Below the pieces are notes generated by a model. It was not told the DNA's origin. It saw only the letters and a list, made by a program, of their open reading frames with translations, and searched no databases. From contig CBDFGR010000003.1 of NCBI GenBank assembly GCA_965247115.1, positions 1,088,001-1,152,000 on the forward strand: a stretch of DNA of 64,000 nt. The letters run 5' to 3'. Every line of letters begins with the position of its first letter. Position 1 is the stretch's first letter. A program made the translations under genes and the position numbers. Source of the stretch: Myxococcota bacterium. GTDB taxonomy: Bacteria; Myxococcota_A; UBA9160; SZUA-336. Of the stretch, positions 18,995 to 28,768 are shown in pieces.

Positions 18995-19996
18995 ATGGAC
19001 ATGCGCAACGGATTCTCAGAGACCATCGGCAACACGCCGCTCATCAAGCTCCGCAAGGCGTCTGAGCTCACGGGCTGCACCATTCTGGGCAAGGCGGAGT
19101 TCCTGAATCCCGGCGGCTCGGTAAAGGACCGCGCTGCCCTCTACATCATCCAGGATGCCGAGGAACGAGGCACGCTCAGACCTGGTGGTGTCATCGTCGA
19201 AGGTACGGCCGGAAACACCGGGATCGGCCTCGCGCTCGTCGGAAACGCGCGCGGCTACCGCACCGTCATCGTGATCCCCGACACGCAGAGCCAGGAGAAG
19301 AAGGACATGCTGAGGCTGTGCGGAGCGGACCTGCGCGAGGTCCCGGCGGTGCCGTACAAGAATCCCGAGAACTACGTGCACGTCTCCGAGCGGGTAGCCA
19401 AGGAGCTGGCGGCGAGCGATCCCAACGGCGCGCTGTGGGCCAACCAGTGGGACAACCTGGCCAATCGCGACGGGCACTTTCGCACGACCGGACCCGAGAT
19501 CTGGGAGCAGACGGAGGGCACGGTCGACGGGTTCATCTGTGCCATGGGAACCGGAGGCACTCTCTCGGGGGTCGGGCTCTTCCTCAAGGAGCGCTCCAAA
19601 GACGTCGTGATCGGACTCGCGGATCCGGCGGGGGCCGCCATGTACCACCTGTTCAAGGATGGAGAGCTGCGGGGAAGCGGGGGGGACTCCATTACGGAAG
19701 GCATCGGGCAGGGCCGCATCACGGGAAACGTAGAGGGCGCACCGGTAGACAACCCCTACCGGATTCCGGACGAGGAAGCTCTTCCAGTGATCTTCGATCT
19801 GCTCAAGGAAGAGGGGCTTTGCCTCGGCGGCTCGAGTGGCATCAACGTCGCAGGCGCAATCCGCCTGGCGGAGGACATGGGTCCGGGGCACACAATCGTG
19901 ACGATCCTCGCCGACTACGGCACCCGCTACCAGTCCAAGCTATTCAACCCCACCTTCCTGAAAGAGAAAGGCCTGCCGAGCCCCGACTGGCTCTAG
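18995..19996 (+). CDS. cysK: Cysteine synthase A family PLP enzyme
   Basis: IGNTPL, KAEFLNPGGSVKDR, EGTAGNTG, GTGGT. Confidence 0.88.
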   Translation: MDMRNGFSETIGNTPLIKLRKASELTGCTILGKAEFLNPGGSVKDRAALYIIQDAEERGTLRPGGVIVEGTAGNTGIGLALVGNARGYRTVIVIPDTQSQEKKDMLRLCGADLREVPAVPYKNPENYVHVSERVAKELAASDPNGALWANQWDNLANRDGHFRTTGPEIWEQTEGTVDGFICAMGTGGTLSGVGLFLKERSKDVVIGLADPAGAAMYHLFKDGELRGSGGDSITEGIGQGRITGNVEGAPVDNPYRIPDEEALPVIFDLLKEEGLCLGGSSGINVAGAIRLAEDMGPGHTIVTILADYGTRYQSKLFNPTFLKEKGLPSPDWL

Positions 19997-20433
19997 TCAG
20001 CGGCGTTCGCGGGGGATCGCTCCGGCGCTGCGTAGTGGAAGCTCTTGGATTCGAGCACGGATCCATCTTCCGCGACGACCGAGACAGTCCACTCGCCGAG
20101 CCAGAACTCGTGCAGCTTCTTCGTGGACCACACGCGCCAGCGAGGGCCTGCGACCTGAAAGGGCACGTCCGCCATCACCTGGCCGTTGTACTCCCAGCGA
20201 TGCGAGACGGACTCGCCGCTCATGTTCCGGAGCTCGGTGAAAAAAGTGATCATCCGCTGGTCGTTCATGATCTCGCTGAGACTGTCGACGGGCTCGCGAT
20301 CTGCGACGCCGCTCGTGAAGCTGGCTCTGACGATGATTCCGTCCGCCCAGCTGGCCTCATCGGCAGCCTCGGCTTTCGTTGCGCCGGAGACTGTAACGAG
20401 GCACCCCAACAGCAGGACTCCCAAAAGCTTCAT
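19993..20433 (-). CDS. DUF2914-domain exported protein
   Basis: Signal peptide; FFTELRNM.G..V.HRW...RWRVWSTK...GEWTVSV; AGGAGG RBS. Confidence 0.8.
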   Translation of the reverse strand: MKLLGVLLLGCLVTVSGATKAEAADEASWADGIIVRASFTSGVADREPVDSLSEIMNDQRMITFFTELRNMSGESVSHRWEYNGQVMADVPFQVAGPRWRVWSTKKLHEFWLGEWTVSVVAEDGSVLESKSFHYAAPERSPANAAD

Positions 20434-20551
20434 GGTCTCAATCCTCCTGGGACGACGGGCCGCTCTTTCGACGGGGCGTCCCGCTAGGGAGATCGGCTTC
20501 TCCGACGCGCTCTTGAGCCCTGTGCCTTCCTGGTAGCTCATGTCGCAGGCG

Positions 20552-21874
20552 TCACGCGAGATTGCGGTAGGCCGGAACGAAGATCAGCAACACGCTCGCC
20601 ATGATCACCAAGGCGAGCGCGGAACCACCAACCGCGAGCTGAGGACCGATCTCGTTCGCGAGAACTCCGATGAGGAAGATGCCCAGGCTCATCAGACTGA
20701 ACTCCATCATGTAGAAGCTCATCACACGGCCTCGAAAATCGTCCGCGACGTAGGCCTGGATCAGGACGTTGCTGAGCGACATGCGCCCGGCCTGTCCGAG
20801 GCCCACGACGGTGAGAATCGCGACCGACAGCCAGTACGACGTCGAGATCGAAAACGCCACAAGCGCGCACCCGAGGAGCAGTGAGCTCAGCAGAAGCACG
20901 AGCCCACGACGCCGGTTCGGAAGCGAGGCGATGATGAGCGAGCCGATGACGGAGCCCATGCCAGAGATACTGGTCAGATAGCCGAGCCGCGCCGGTCCAG
21001 TGTCGAGCACCTCCTTGGCGAATCCAGGCAGCAGCATGAAGTACGTCATGGAGAAGAGGACCATCAGGAAGTTGCATCCGAGCAGCATTCGAATCGTGGG
21101 TGTCTCCCAGACATAGCGGAATCCTGCGGCCAGCTCCTGCAGCGGAGGATTGCTGCCACCGTGCGGAGGCACACGGTCCGCCACCCTCACCTTGAGAAGT
21201 CCGAGGATCGACGAGCCGTACAGTGCGGCCATCATGTAGTACACGAACTGCGCGGCCCGGATGCCCCCGCCGTTGCCCCCGTCGAACGCACCGACGAGCC
21301 AGCCCGCAAGGCCGGGCATCAACAGACGAGCCGCGTTCATGCCCATCGTGTTGATGGCGATCGCGTTCATCAAGCGCTCCATGCCGAGAATCTCAGGAGT
21401 CAAGGCCTGACGCGAGGGCATCATCGTGTTCATGGCCGCGCCCTGCACCATGGCCGCCACGATGAGGTGAGAGAAGCGCAGCAGATCGGTCGCGATGAGA
21501 GTGCCCACGACAAGCACGACGAGCGTGTTCAGCGCCTGACCGACCTGAACCACGTGCTTCTTCTGTCGCACGCGATCTGCGATCACGCCACCGAAGAGCG
21601 CCGTGGCCACGCCGGCAGTGCCGTTGGCCAGCGAAATGATCCCGAGCGCGGCAAACGAGCCGGTCAGCTCGAAGACGAGCCAGCCACGGATGAACATCTG
21701 TGTGTTCATCGCCGTGAAGCTCCCGAACTGAGCAGCGAAGAACCAGCGAAAGTTCCGATCCTCGAGCGCGCGGAAGGTGTTACGCCAGACGCTCCGCTTG
21801 GGGCGCAGACGGGTAGCGCCGGAGCGCTCTACTGGGCCTTCAGGTTCCGGCTGCTGTCGCTGCGGTGCACTCAA
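20552..21874 (-). CDS. MFS transporter
   Basis: TFRALEDRNFRWFF, GGVIADR, RGRVMS; about 12 hydrophobic segments. Confidence 0.88.
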   Translation of the reverse strand: MSAPQRQQPEPEGPVERSGATRLRPKRSVWRNTFRALEDRNFRWFFAAQFGSFTAMNTQMFIRGWLVFELTGSFAALGIISLANGTAGVATALFGGVIADRVRQKKHVVQVGQALNTLVVLVVGTLIATDLLRFSHLIVAAMVQGAAMNTMMPSRQALTPEILGMERLMNAIAINTMGMNAARLLMPGLAGWLVGAFDGGNGGGIRAAQFVYYMMAALYGSSILGLLKVRVADRVPPHGGSNPPLQELAAGFRYVWETPTIRMLLGCNFLMVLFSMTYFMLLPGFAKEVLDTGPARLGYLTSISGMGSVIGSLIIASLPNRRRGLVLLLSSLLLGCALVAFSISTSYWLSVAILTVVGLGQAGRMSLSNVLIQAYVADDFRGRVMSFYMMEFSLMSLGIFLIGVLANEIGPQLAVGGSALALVIMASVLLIFVPAYRNLA

Positions 21875-22033
21875 TCCCGTCCCGATCCGGGCATCGGGGA
21901 CGGGCTAACAAATGGGGCGGGTGCACCGGGAAGGAGACTCACGTGATGCCGATGATACGGAGCCTCGAGCTACAGCGCCAAGCCCGCGCCTTATCGGCAC
22001 GGTCGAGGGCTCGGTCGCTGTTCGCCGCCGAGG

Positions 22034-22576
22034 CTAGGAGGCGCTTGCCGGTGTGTGCTTGACGTCTTGCTCGGCGAACTCGCGCGTCCACCCCGCGAAC
22101 TCCAGGAGGATCCCGTCCGGATCGAAGAAGTAGATCGACCGGACGAACGTGGTCTCGTTGACCTCAGGGCTCTGCTGCTCCGAGCTGTCATCGTGGTTCA
22201 CCACGTCGGTGACCTCAATGCCCTTTGCGGCAAGCCTGCGCTGGTAATCCTCGATCTTCTCCACAGGGATATCGAACGCCACGTGATTCATCGACGCATG
22301 GGCAGTCGTGAGACCGGCGCCCCACTTCGGCTGCGGTGAGGCCACGCCTGGCGCGGCCTCGGGTGCGTCGGGGAACCAGAAGAAGGCGAGTGAGCCCCCG
22401 TTCCCCATGTCGAAGAAGAAGTGCTGTCCCATGCCATTGGGAAGCTCGATCGTCTTGATCAGTGGCATACCCAGGACGTTGCTGTAGAAGTCCACTGTCC
22501 GAGCCATGTCCTTGCAGACGAGCGCAAGGTGATTGATGCTGCGAAGCTCGAACTCCTTGTTCTGATTCTCAGGCAT
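22034..22576 (-). CDS. VOC/glyoxalase family protein
   Basis: INHLALVCKDM..TVDFY, MNHVAF, SIYFFDPDGILLEF. Confidence 0.9.
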   Translation of the reverse strand: MPENQNKEFELRSINHLALVCKDMARTVDFYSNVLGMPLIKTIELPNGMGQHFFFDMGNGGSLAFFWFPDAPEAAPGVASPQPKWGAGLTTAHASMNHVAFDIPVEKIEDYQRRLAAKGIEVTDVVNHDDSSEQQSPEVNETTFVRSIYFFDPDGILLEFAGWTREFAEQDVKHTPASAS

Positions 22577-22630
22577 ATGGCCCTCCCGCAAGGGAGCGTA
22601 TCAGAGCAGTCAGGGACACCCAAGCCTTGG

Positions 22631-23065
22631 TCAGTTCACCCAGGCGTTGGCCACGCGGCCGGCCTGAAAGGACACGTAGAGTGAGCTGTGGCCTTCCCGG
22701 TGGTAGATCCACTTGTCGTCCGCCGGATTCGATTTGGAAGGAGCGCCCATCGCTGCGAGCACCGCGCAGCGGGACATCCCGGCTCGAACCTGACCGGAGT
22801 CGGCATCGGGCCAGCTATCCGGAGAGATCAGCGCGCGCTTTCGAATCTCCGCAGCGGCTGCCTTGTGGAGATCTGGGTCGTAATCACGAGCGGAGTCGGG
22901 CTCGTGCAACTTTCGGAGCCGCGCCCCGGGGTCGTCGACCCGCACGTGATACAGGACGCAGAGCTCGTCGTTGCTCAGCTGATCGATCGACATCGCGGCG
23001 CACCCCGCGGTCGCGACCACCAGCAAACCAAGCAGCGCAGCGTTCTGTCCGGCCAGTCTCCTCAC
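22631..23065 (-). CDS. Hypothetical lipoprotein
   Basis: ATAGC lipobox; C-terminal GMS..VLAAMG.P...W.Y (SmpA/OmlA-like) pattern. Confidence 0.6.
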   Translation of the reverse strand: MRRLAGQNAALLGLLVVATAGCAAMSIDQLSNDELCVLYHVRVDDPGARLRKLHEPDSARDYDPDLHKAAAAEIRKRALISPDSWPDADSGQVRAGMSRCAVLAAMGAPSKSNPADDKWIYHREGHSSLYVSFQAGRVANAWVN

Positions 23066-23231
23066 CCGGGCGGAGACTAGCCGACTCGCCTCTGGAGGCG
23101 TGGGCTCCCCCTGCAGGGCTGCGCGCCGTGGGCACAGCTCGGCTCAGCGTGCGAAGCTGCCGCCTCCCTCCGCCCTTGCCGAGCTCACACTCGGAACGTG
23201 GAGGCGTCGTACCCGTCTTGCGCCAGTCGGC

Positions 23232-24710
23232 TCACCGCGCGACCGTCTCCAGCGTGCGGTAGAGGAACTCGACCGCCCAGGCGAGTGCGGGGAGTGGGAC
23301 CCGCTCGTTGTCTCCGTGCATGCGGAGCTCATCCTGCTCCACCAACGGAAACGGCAGGATGCCGTACGTCGGGATTCCACGGGCGCGCAGAGCGGCGCCG
23401 TCCGTCGCACCCGCGGACATGAACGGCATGACGACAGCACCAGGAGCCATGTCCCCGCTCGTCTCCTCGAGCGCTCGAAAGAGGGCAGTCCCGACCGGCG
23501 AAACCGGAGGCGAGCTCCGCGGCTCGCCAACCAGCGCAAAGGTTACCGCCGCCTCTCCGCCGGCTGCCTGCATGCCAGTCACGATCTCGCCTACGTCATC
23601 GCCGGGAAGCACGCGCACGTTGAAGGTCGCCACGCCTTCCGAGGGGATCACGTTCGCCCGAATTCCCCCACTGATCAGTGTAAGTGCCTGGCCGGTTCGG
23701 AGCATCGTGTTGTGCAGTGGGTTTCGTGACAGGATCTCGGCAGCCGCCATCGAGCGGGGCGAGGCGTCTCCCACCAGGTCCAGCATGGCCTGGCGGAGCA
23801 TCCCATCCGACTCGATCTCGGCCAATCGACCAAAGTACAAGCGCGTGGTCTCGTTCAGCCGGACCGGAGCGCGCCAGGCGTGGACGCGTCCCAACGCGCG
23901 CGCGAGCGCCGCAAGGGCGTTGTCCGGCAGCGGCACGGAGCCGTGCCCGCTGGGACCAAGCGCTCGGACCTCTACGTCGTAATAGATCTTCTCGGTGGTC
24001 TGGATGCTGACCGAGCGGATCTCGCCGCTGGTTATTCGGATGCGGCCGCCCTCGTTCAATGCAAACTCGGGATCTCCGAGCAGCGCGAGATGCTCTGCGA
24101 GCACGACATCTACTCCAACCGGGTCGCCCCCTTCCTCGGCAGCGGTGGCGAGGAGGACGACGTCGCGCGAAAGCTGGTCGCGCCGCTCGGCCAGGGACTG
24201 CAGCGCCGCCACAGCAGCTGCCAGCATTCCCTTGTCATCGATCGCACCTCGGCCATACAGATAACCGCCGCGGATCGCGGGTGAGAAGGGAGGGCTGTCC
24301 CACTTGTCCGGCTGCGCCCCCACCACATCCATGTGCCCCATCACGAGGACGGGACGCTCCGTTGGCTGCCCTGCGCGCACCCGCGCGACGAAGTTCGCGC
24401 GTCCTTCCCCAACCGGGAGCACGTGCGTCTCGACACCGTCGGCGTCGTTGAGTACGGACTCGAGATAGAGCGCGCTCGAGAGCTCGTTCCCTGGCGGGTT
24501 CTGGGTGTCGATTCTGATCAGCGCCTCCAGATGTGCCAGGGTACGCGCCGCGGCTGCCGGGCGGTCGAAGCCCTGCGGCGCCGGGGCGACCAGCGTCCAC
24601 GGGCCTGTCGCTGCATGCAGGACGGCAGCGCGTATGCCGAATGCCGCTGCAAGGGAGAAGCTCAGTACGACGAGGAATAGCAGTCGAACCATCCGGGACC
24701 TCGGACGCAC
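23232..24710 (-). CDS. Exported M20 family metallo-amidohydrolase/peptidase
   Basis: Metal ligands GHMDVV, GAIDDKG, AAEEGG, LNEGG, MHGDNE; N-terminal hydrophobic signal; start may be 24692. Confidence 0.9.
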   Translation of the reverse strand: MRPRSRMVRLLFLVVLSFSLAAAFGIRAAVLHAATGPWTLVAPAPQGFDRPAAAARTLAHLEALIRIDTQNPPGNELSSALYLESVLNDADGVETHVLPVGEGRANFVARVRAGQPTERPVLVMGHMDVVGAQPDKWDSPPFSPAIRGGYLYGRGAIDDKGMLAAAVAALQSLAERRDQLSRDVVLLATAAEEGGDPVGVDVVLAEHLALLGDPEFALNEGGRIRITSGEIRSVSIQTTEKIYYDVEVRALGPSGHGSVPLPDNALAALARALGRVHAWRAPVRLNETTRLYFGRLAEIESDGMLRQAMLDLVGDASPRSMAAAEILSRNPLHNTMLRTGQALTLISGGIRANVIPSEGVATFNVRVLPGDDVGEIVTGMQAAGGEAAVTFALVGEPRSSPPVSPVGTALFRALEETSGDMAPGAVVMPFMSAGATDGAALRARGIPTYGILPFPLVEQDELRMHGDNERVPLPALAWAVEFLYRTLETVAR

Positions 24711-24728
24711 GGTGAGGAATTCGTCGCC

Positions 24729-26844
24729 CTAGATACTAGCTCGACGGTCTCCGATAATCCTCGTCGGTTCCAGCGCGAGCTCGTGGTCCATGCTCCCGAT
24801 GAGCTCCGCACGATGTGTGACAACCACTCGAGTCACGTCGAGCTTTCCAATCTCTTCGTTGATCTGGGCCTCCAGTCGGGCATCCAGGTTCGACGTCCAC
24901 TCGTCGAGGAACAACACGCGAGGCTCTCTATAGAGCGCTCGGGCGAGCAGCACGCGCTGACGCTGTCCAGCGGACAGCATGCTCCCCATGTCGCCGATCT
25001 GGCTGTCGTACTGCATGGGCATGCTGGCGATCTCTCGATGAATCGCCGCCGTCTCCGCGCAGGAACGGATTCTGTCGGCGTCGCGCTCCACGTCGAACAA
25101 GCAGATGTTGTCCGCGATCGAGCCCGAAAGAAGCTGGTCGTTCTGCATGACCGCCGCGATCTGATGGCGATAAGTGCTCAATCCGAGCTGATCCAGACGC
25201 GTTCCGTCTACCCGTACCTCGCCCGAGCTCGGCGAAAGGAGCCCGAGCAGGAGCTTGATGAGCGTAGTCTTGCCACAGCCGGAAGGTCCCGTGATGGCGA
25301 TCGACTGGCCACGCTCGATCGTGAGGTTGAGACCCTCCAGGACCGGTGGGTCAGAGGCAGCGTAGCGGAACCCGAGGTCTACGAGCTCGATGCAGCCATC
25401 GACTCGTCTCGGACGCGAGCCGTTCGCAGGAGACCCGTCCTCCGCGCGGGTCAGCGCAATGTCCGCCACGCGGACGAGATGCAAGTCCAGCATCCGGAGC
25501 TCGATCGCCTGGTCAATCAGCGCGGAGAGCCTCGTCGTGAACTGACCCTTGTAGGACATGAACGCGAAGAGCATCCCGACCGTGAGCTCGTGGCTCAGGA
25601 CCAAGGTGGCTCCGAGGTAGATCACGGCCACGTTCTCGAGGCCGAAGAGAACGCCGCGGATCGCATCCTGACCGATAGCCAGCCTTCCTAGCCGGACACC
25701 TGCATTCAGCTGAGCGGCGTGGCGATTCTGCCAGACCACCTCACGATCCGACTCGCAGCCGAACACCTTGATGCTTTGCAGGGCCCGGAGCGTCTCGAAC
25801 ACGCTCGAGTCCTCCCTTGCGCCGGCCACGATCTGTTCCTCCGAGAGATCCTTGAGAGGAGCGTAGAAAGCGATGCGCGTGAACCAGTACAGGGTCACGG
25901 AGGCGAGTACGACCGAGGACAGCACCGGGCTGTAGGCGAGGATCATGGCGAGGGTCGCGAGCGCCATCAGCCCATTCGATCCCGACGGTGACCAACCCGG
26001 TGGTGAAGAGCCTGGTGATCGGCTCGAGCGAGCCGAAGCGGGAAACAACGTCTCCCAGGTGGCGCTTCTCGAAGTACGAGATGGGAAGTCGCAGCAGGTG
26101 GTGAAACAGGTTCGAGACGATCTGAAAGCCGAGCTCCGACCCCAGCCGCAAAACGAGCCATGAGCGCAGCGCCCTGGTCCCCAGATGGATCAGCATCAGA
26201 AGCACGAACGCCAGGGCGAGTAGCGAGAGAAGGTCCCGATCGCGCCTCGCGAGGCCCTCATCCACCACGAGCTGCATGTAGAACGGGCTCGCCAGCGCGA
26301 AGACCTGGAGGACCAGCGACACGACGAAGAGCTGAGCGAGAGCGCCCTTCAAGCCCGAGGCACGTCTCCAGAGATCCGCCAGCTGGAGCTTCTCGCTGCT
26401 GGGGCCGGGCTCGAATCCGTCCATGGGCAGGAGCTCCAGGGCCACCCCGGTCAGGTGTGGTGACGCCTCCCGAAGCGAGTAGGTCCGTCTGCCGAGGGCC
26501 GGATTGTGGACGACGATTCCGCGGCGTGAGGCGCTCCTCAGCACGACGAAGTGCGTCGCGTCCCAGTGCAGGATGGCCGGTGTCCTCAGTGCGCAGAGCT
26601 CATCCAGGGCGATCCGGAGGGGTCGGCAGCTCAGGCCGAGCTGGCTCGCCGTCAGCATGAGGGACTTGAGGCTGGTGCCTCGAAGCGACGCCGCGTGATC
26701 ACGCCGCAGAGAAGTCAGGTCGGTCTGGCGTCCGTGATAGCTCGCGACCATTGCAAGGCACGCCAGTCCGCACTCGGCCGCTTCCGTCTGAAGGAGCACA
26801 GGAAGTGCGGAGCGCCTCGAGAAGCGCAGCGCGGCGCTACTCAT
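24729..26844 (-). pseudogene. C39 peptidase-containing ABC transporter (CvaB-like), split by a +1 frameshift at 25975-25976 (may be a sequencing error)
   Basis: QTEAAECGLACLAM and HWDATHFVVL peptidase domain in one frame; GPSGCGKTT, LSAGQRQR, LDEWTS in another. Removing one T restores ...VGIDGLMALA... and a 704-aa ORF. Confidence 0.88.
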
Positions 26845-27773
26845 TCGGCGGCTCTCCAGAACTCCGGAAGGCGGTGCCATAGCAGCCACTCACCGGGCCG
26901 CGCACGGATCCAGCCCTCCGCTCGAGCCGCGAGCTGTCGCATGATGCGCGCGCTCGCGAGGGCCACGTCCTCGCCGTCGAGGACTCGTGCCAGCATGGGC
27001 CTTTCGAAGTGCACGACCTCTCGTCCGAGCTCGTCCGCATAGCTGACCGCTGGCAGAATGACCGCTCCAGCCAGCAGGGCGAGCAAGGCCGCGCCTGCGG
27101 GGAGTCGTGCGCTTCGGCCGAACAGCGGCACTACAACCGAGCGACCGGTTCCGAACGCGAGTGGCGTATCGAACTGTATGAGGAGCGTGTTGCCGGCGCG
27201 TAGCTCCAGCCAGGCTTTGAGGCCCGGCCGGTCCGAGAAGGGGATCGCGCCTACCTCGACACCGGCTGGTGCGAGCCGTCGGTAGGCAAGCTCTTCACGC
27301 CCGGTCCACTCTCGCAGCGTGATGACGCGGATCTGTCGGCCGGGCGGCGAGATCCGAACCAGCTTCGCGAACCCGCGCAGATAGCTGCCCATGTGAATCG
27401 TCGCCACCACGAGCGGGGTGCTCTCGCTCGGACCTACACGATCGCCGAGCTCGACACCGCTGTACGCGAACCCCTCTCCCCTGACGTCGACGCTATCTGC
27501 CAGCTCGACCGCGCGCGCCCGGCTCCCCAGGATGAGGTCGCGATAGTCACAGTGAAAGGAACAGGCGCGGTGAAATTGCTGCAGCGCGATGCGCCTCGCC
27601 TCGCGCGGAGACTCGTCCAGCGCCAGCTCTACGATCCGAGCAGCGCGGCGATGCGCCGAGCGCCCACACGTTGCGTAGGCTGCACCACCTAGCACCCGCG
27701 CGCAGCTTCGAGCGAGGGTCGCAGGGAGGTGCGAGGCGAGGAGCGTAGCCACAGAGACGATCCAACCAGGCAT
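26841..27773 (-). CDS. LpxL/HtrB-like (LPLAT superfamily) acyltransferase
   Basis: VVATIHMGSY, LLIQFD, VPLFGRSARLPAGAALLA, WIRARPGEWLLWHR; stop overlaps the transporter start (ATGA). Confidence 0.78.
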   Translation of the reverse strand: MPGWIVSVATLLASHLPATLARSCARVLGGAAYATCGRSAHRRAARIVELALDESPREARRIALQQFHRACSFHCDYRDLILGSRARAVELADSVDVRGEGFAYSGVELGDRVGPSESTPLVVATIHMGSYLRGFAKLVRISPPGRQIRVITLREWTGREELAYRRLAPAGVEVGAIPFSDRPGLKAWLELRAGNTLLIQFDTPLAFGTGRSVVVPLFGRSARLPAGAALLALLAGAVILPAVSYADELGREVVHFERPMLARVLDGEDVALASARIMRQLAARAEGWIRARPGEWLLWHRLPEFWRAAE

Positions 27774-27800
27774 GACCGTCGCAGGCTCGGCCCTGTGCGC

Positions 27801-28130
27801 TTACCAGCAGGCGGCAGGCTTGCCGCCATCCCCGCCCGAAAATGGAGCTCCGAAACTCATCATGCCGATGAAGCTCGAAATAGTATCCGTCACGTGCAGG
27901 GTGCCGACGGCCGCGTTGTAGGTCTTGCCGGGGTTGTCGTAGGCGTAACCAGCGACCTGGCCCCCGATCTCGCTGGTCAGCCCCATCGTCATGGTGGTCG
28001 CAAAGCCGCCGCAAGGCAGGCACATTCCGTACCCGAGGCCCAAACCGGCTAGCTGGCCTGCACTCACTGCGATCTGCCGCCCATCCCCACCGGACACGAA
28101 CTCGACCTCGGCTGGCGTCAACTCACGCAT
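27801..28130 (-). CDS. Double-glycine-leader bacteriocin/microcin-like precursor (15-aa leader + 94-aa core)
   Basis: Leader MRELTPAEVEFVSGG, strong AGGAGG RBS, Gly-zipper core, adjacent to a C39 exporter. Confidence 0.85.
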   Translation of the reverse strand: MRELTPAEVEFVSGGDGRQIAVSAGQLAGLGLGYGMCLPCGGFATTMTMGLTSEIGGQVAGYAYDNPGKTYNAAVGTLHVTDTISSFIGMMSFGAPFSGGDGGKPAACW

Positions 28131-28734
28131 TTCTTCCTCCTGTTTCTCTTGGTCTGACGTTGATGAGAGGGCCCAGCAGCCACCCGATTAGGGAGCGCCG
28201 CTCGACGGTGATCTGCGTGCTGAGGCGCATCCCGGCGCGCAGCGGGACCTGCCTGCCGTGCACGACGAGCTCGTGCTCGACCAGCTCCACTGTGACGCGG
28301 TGTACCGGTTCCTCGATCACGATGGGGAGCTGCGGATCCCGTGGGAGCAGGATCGCCTCACTGACTTCACGCACCCGACCCCGGAAGCTGCCAAAGCGCG
28401 GGGATGGGAACGCATCGTAGTGCAGCCAGACCTGCTGGCCGGGCCCCAGAGAGCCGAAGGCGCGCGTCGGAACGTACAGCTCTGCGTGCAGCCCAGCACT
28501 TGCCGGTACGAGCGAGACGTCTGATTCACTCGCGCGCCCGAGTGACAGAACTCCTCGGACCGTCACCTGTCTTGCGTAGTGGCCCCAGACAAGCAGAGCG
28601 CCGAGCGCGCTACACGTGCATATGGCAAACACCGTCACCAGCGAGAGCCCAAGCGGCTGCGTCAGGATTACACCGCCCCAGATCGATGCGCTAGAGCGTG
28701 CGGTGGCTTCTTCTCGAAATAGCGTTTCCCTCAC
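28123..28734 (-). CDS. CvaA/HlyD-like membrane fusion protein, internally shortened (~203 aa)
   Basis: LFREEA...WGGVIL, TM helix, YARQVTVRG, then directly AELYVPTRAFG...GQQV.LHYDAFP..RFG...G.V..VS and LRAGM...ERRSLIGWLLGPL; GTG start inferred. Confidence 0.8.
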   Translation of the reverse strand: MRETLFREEATARSSASIWGGVILTQPLGLSLVTVFAICTCSALGALLVWGHYARQVTVRGVLSLGRASESDVSLVPASAGLHAELYVPTRAFGSLGPGQQVWLHYDAFPSPRFGSFRGRVREVSEAILLPRDPQLPIVIEEPVHRVTVELVEHELVVHGRQVPLRAGMRLSTQITVERRSLIGWLLGPLINVRPRETGGRNA

Positions 28735-28768
28735 TGCTCTCTGAGTGGAGCGAGCGGGGCACAAGGTG

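Noticed and set aside
25970..25980. Programmed ribosomal frameshift in the exporter
   Set aside because: No slippery heptamer or homopolymer run; a single-base insertion explains it.
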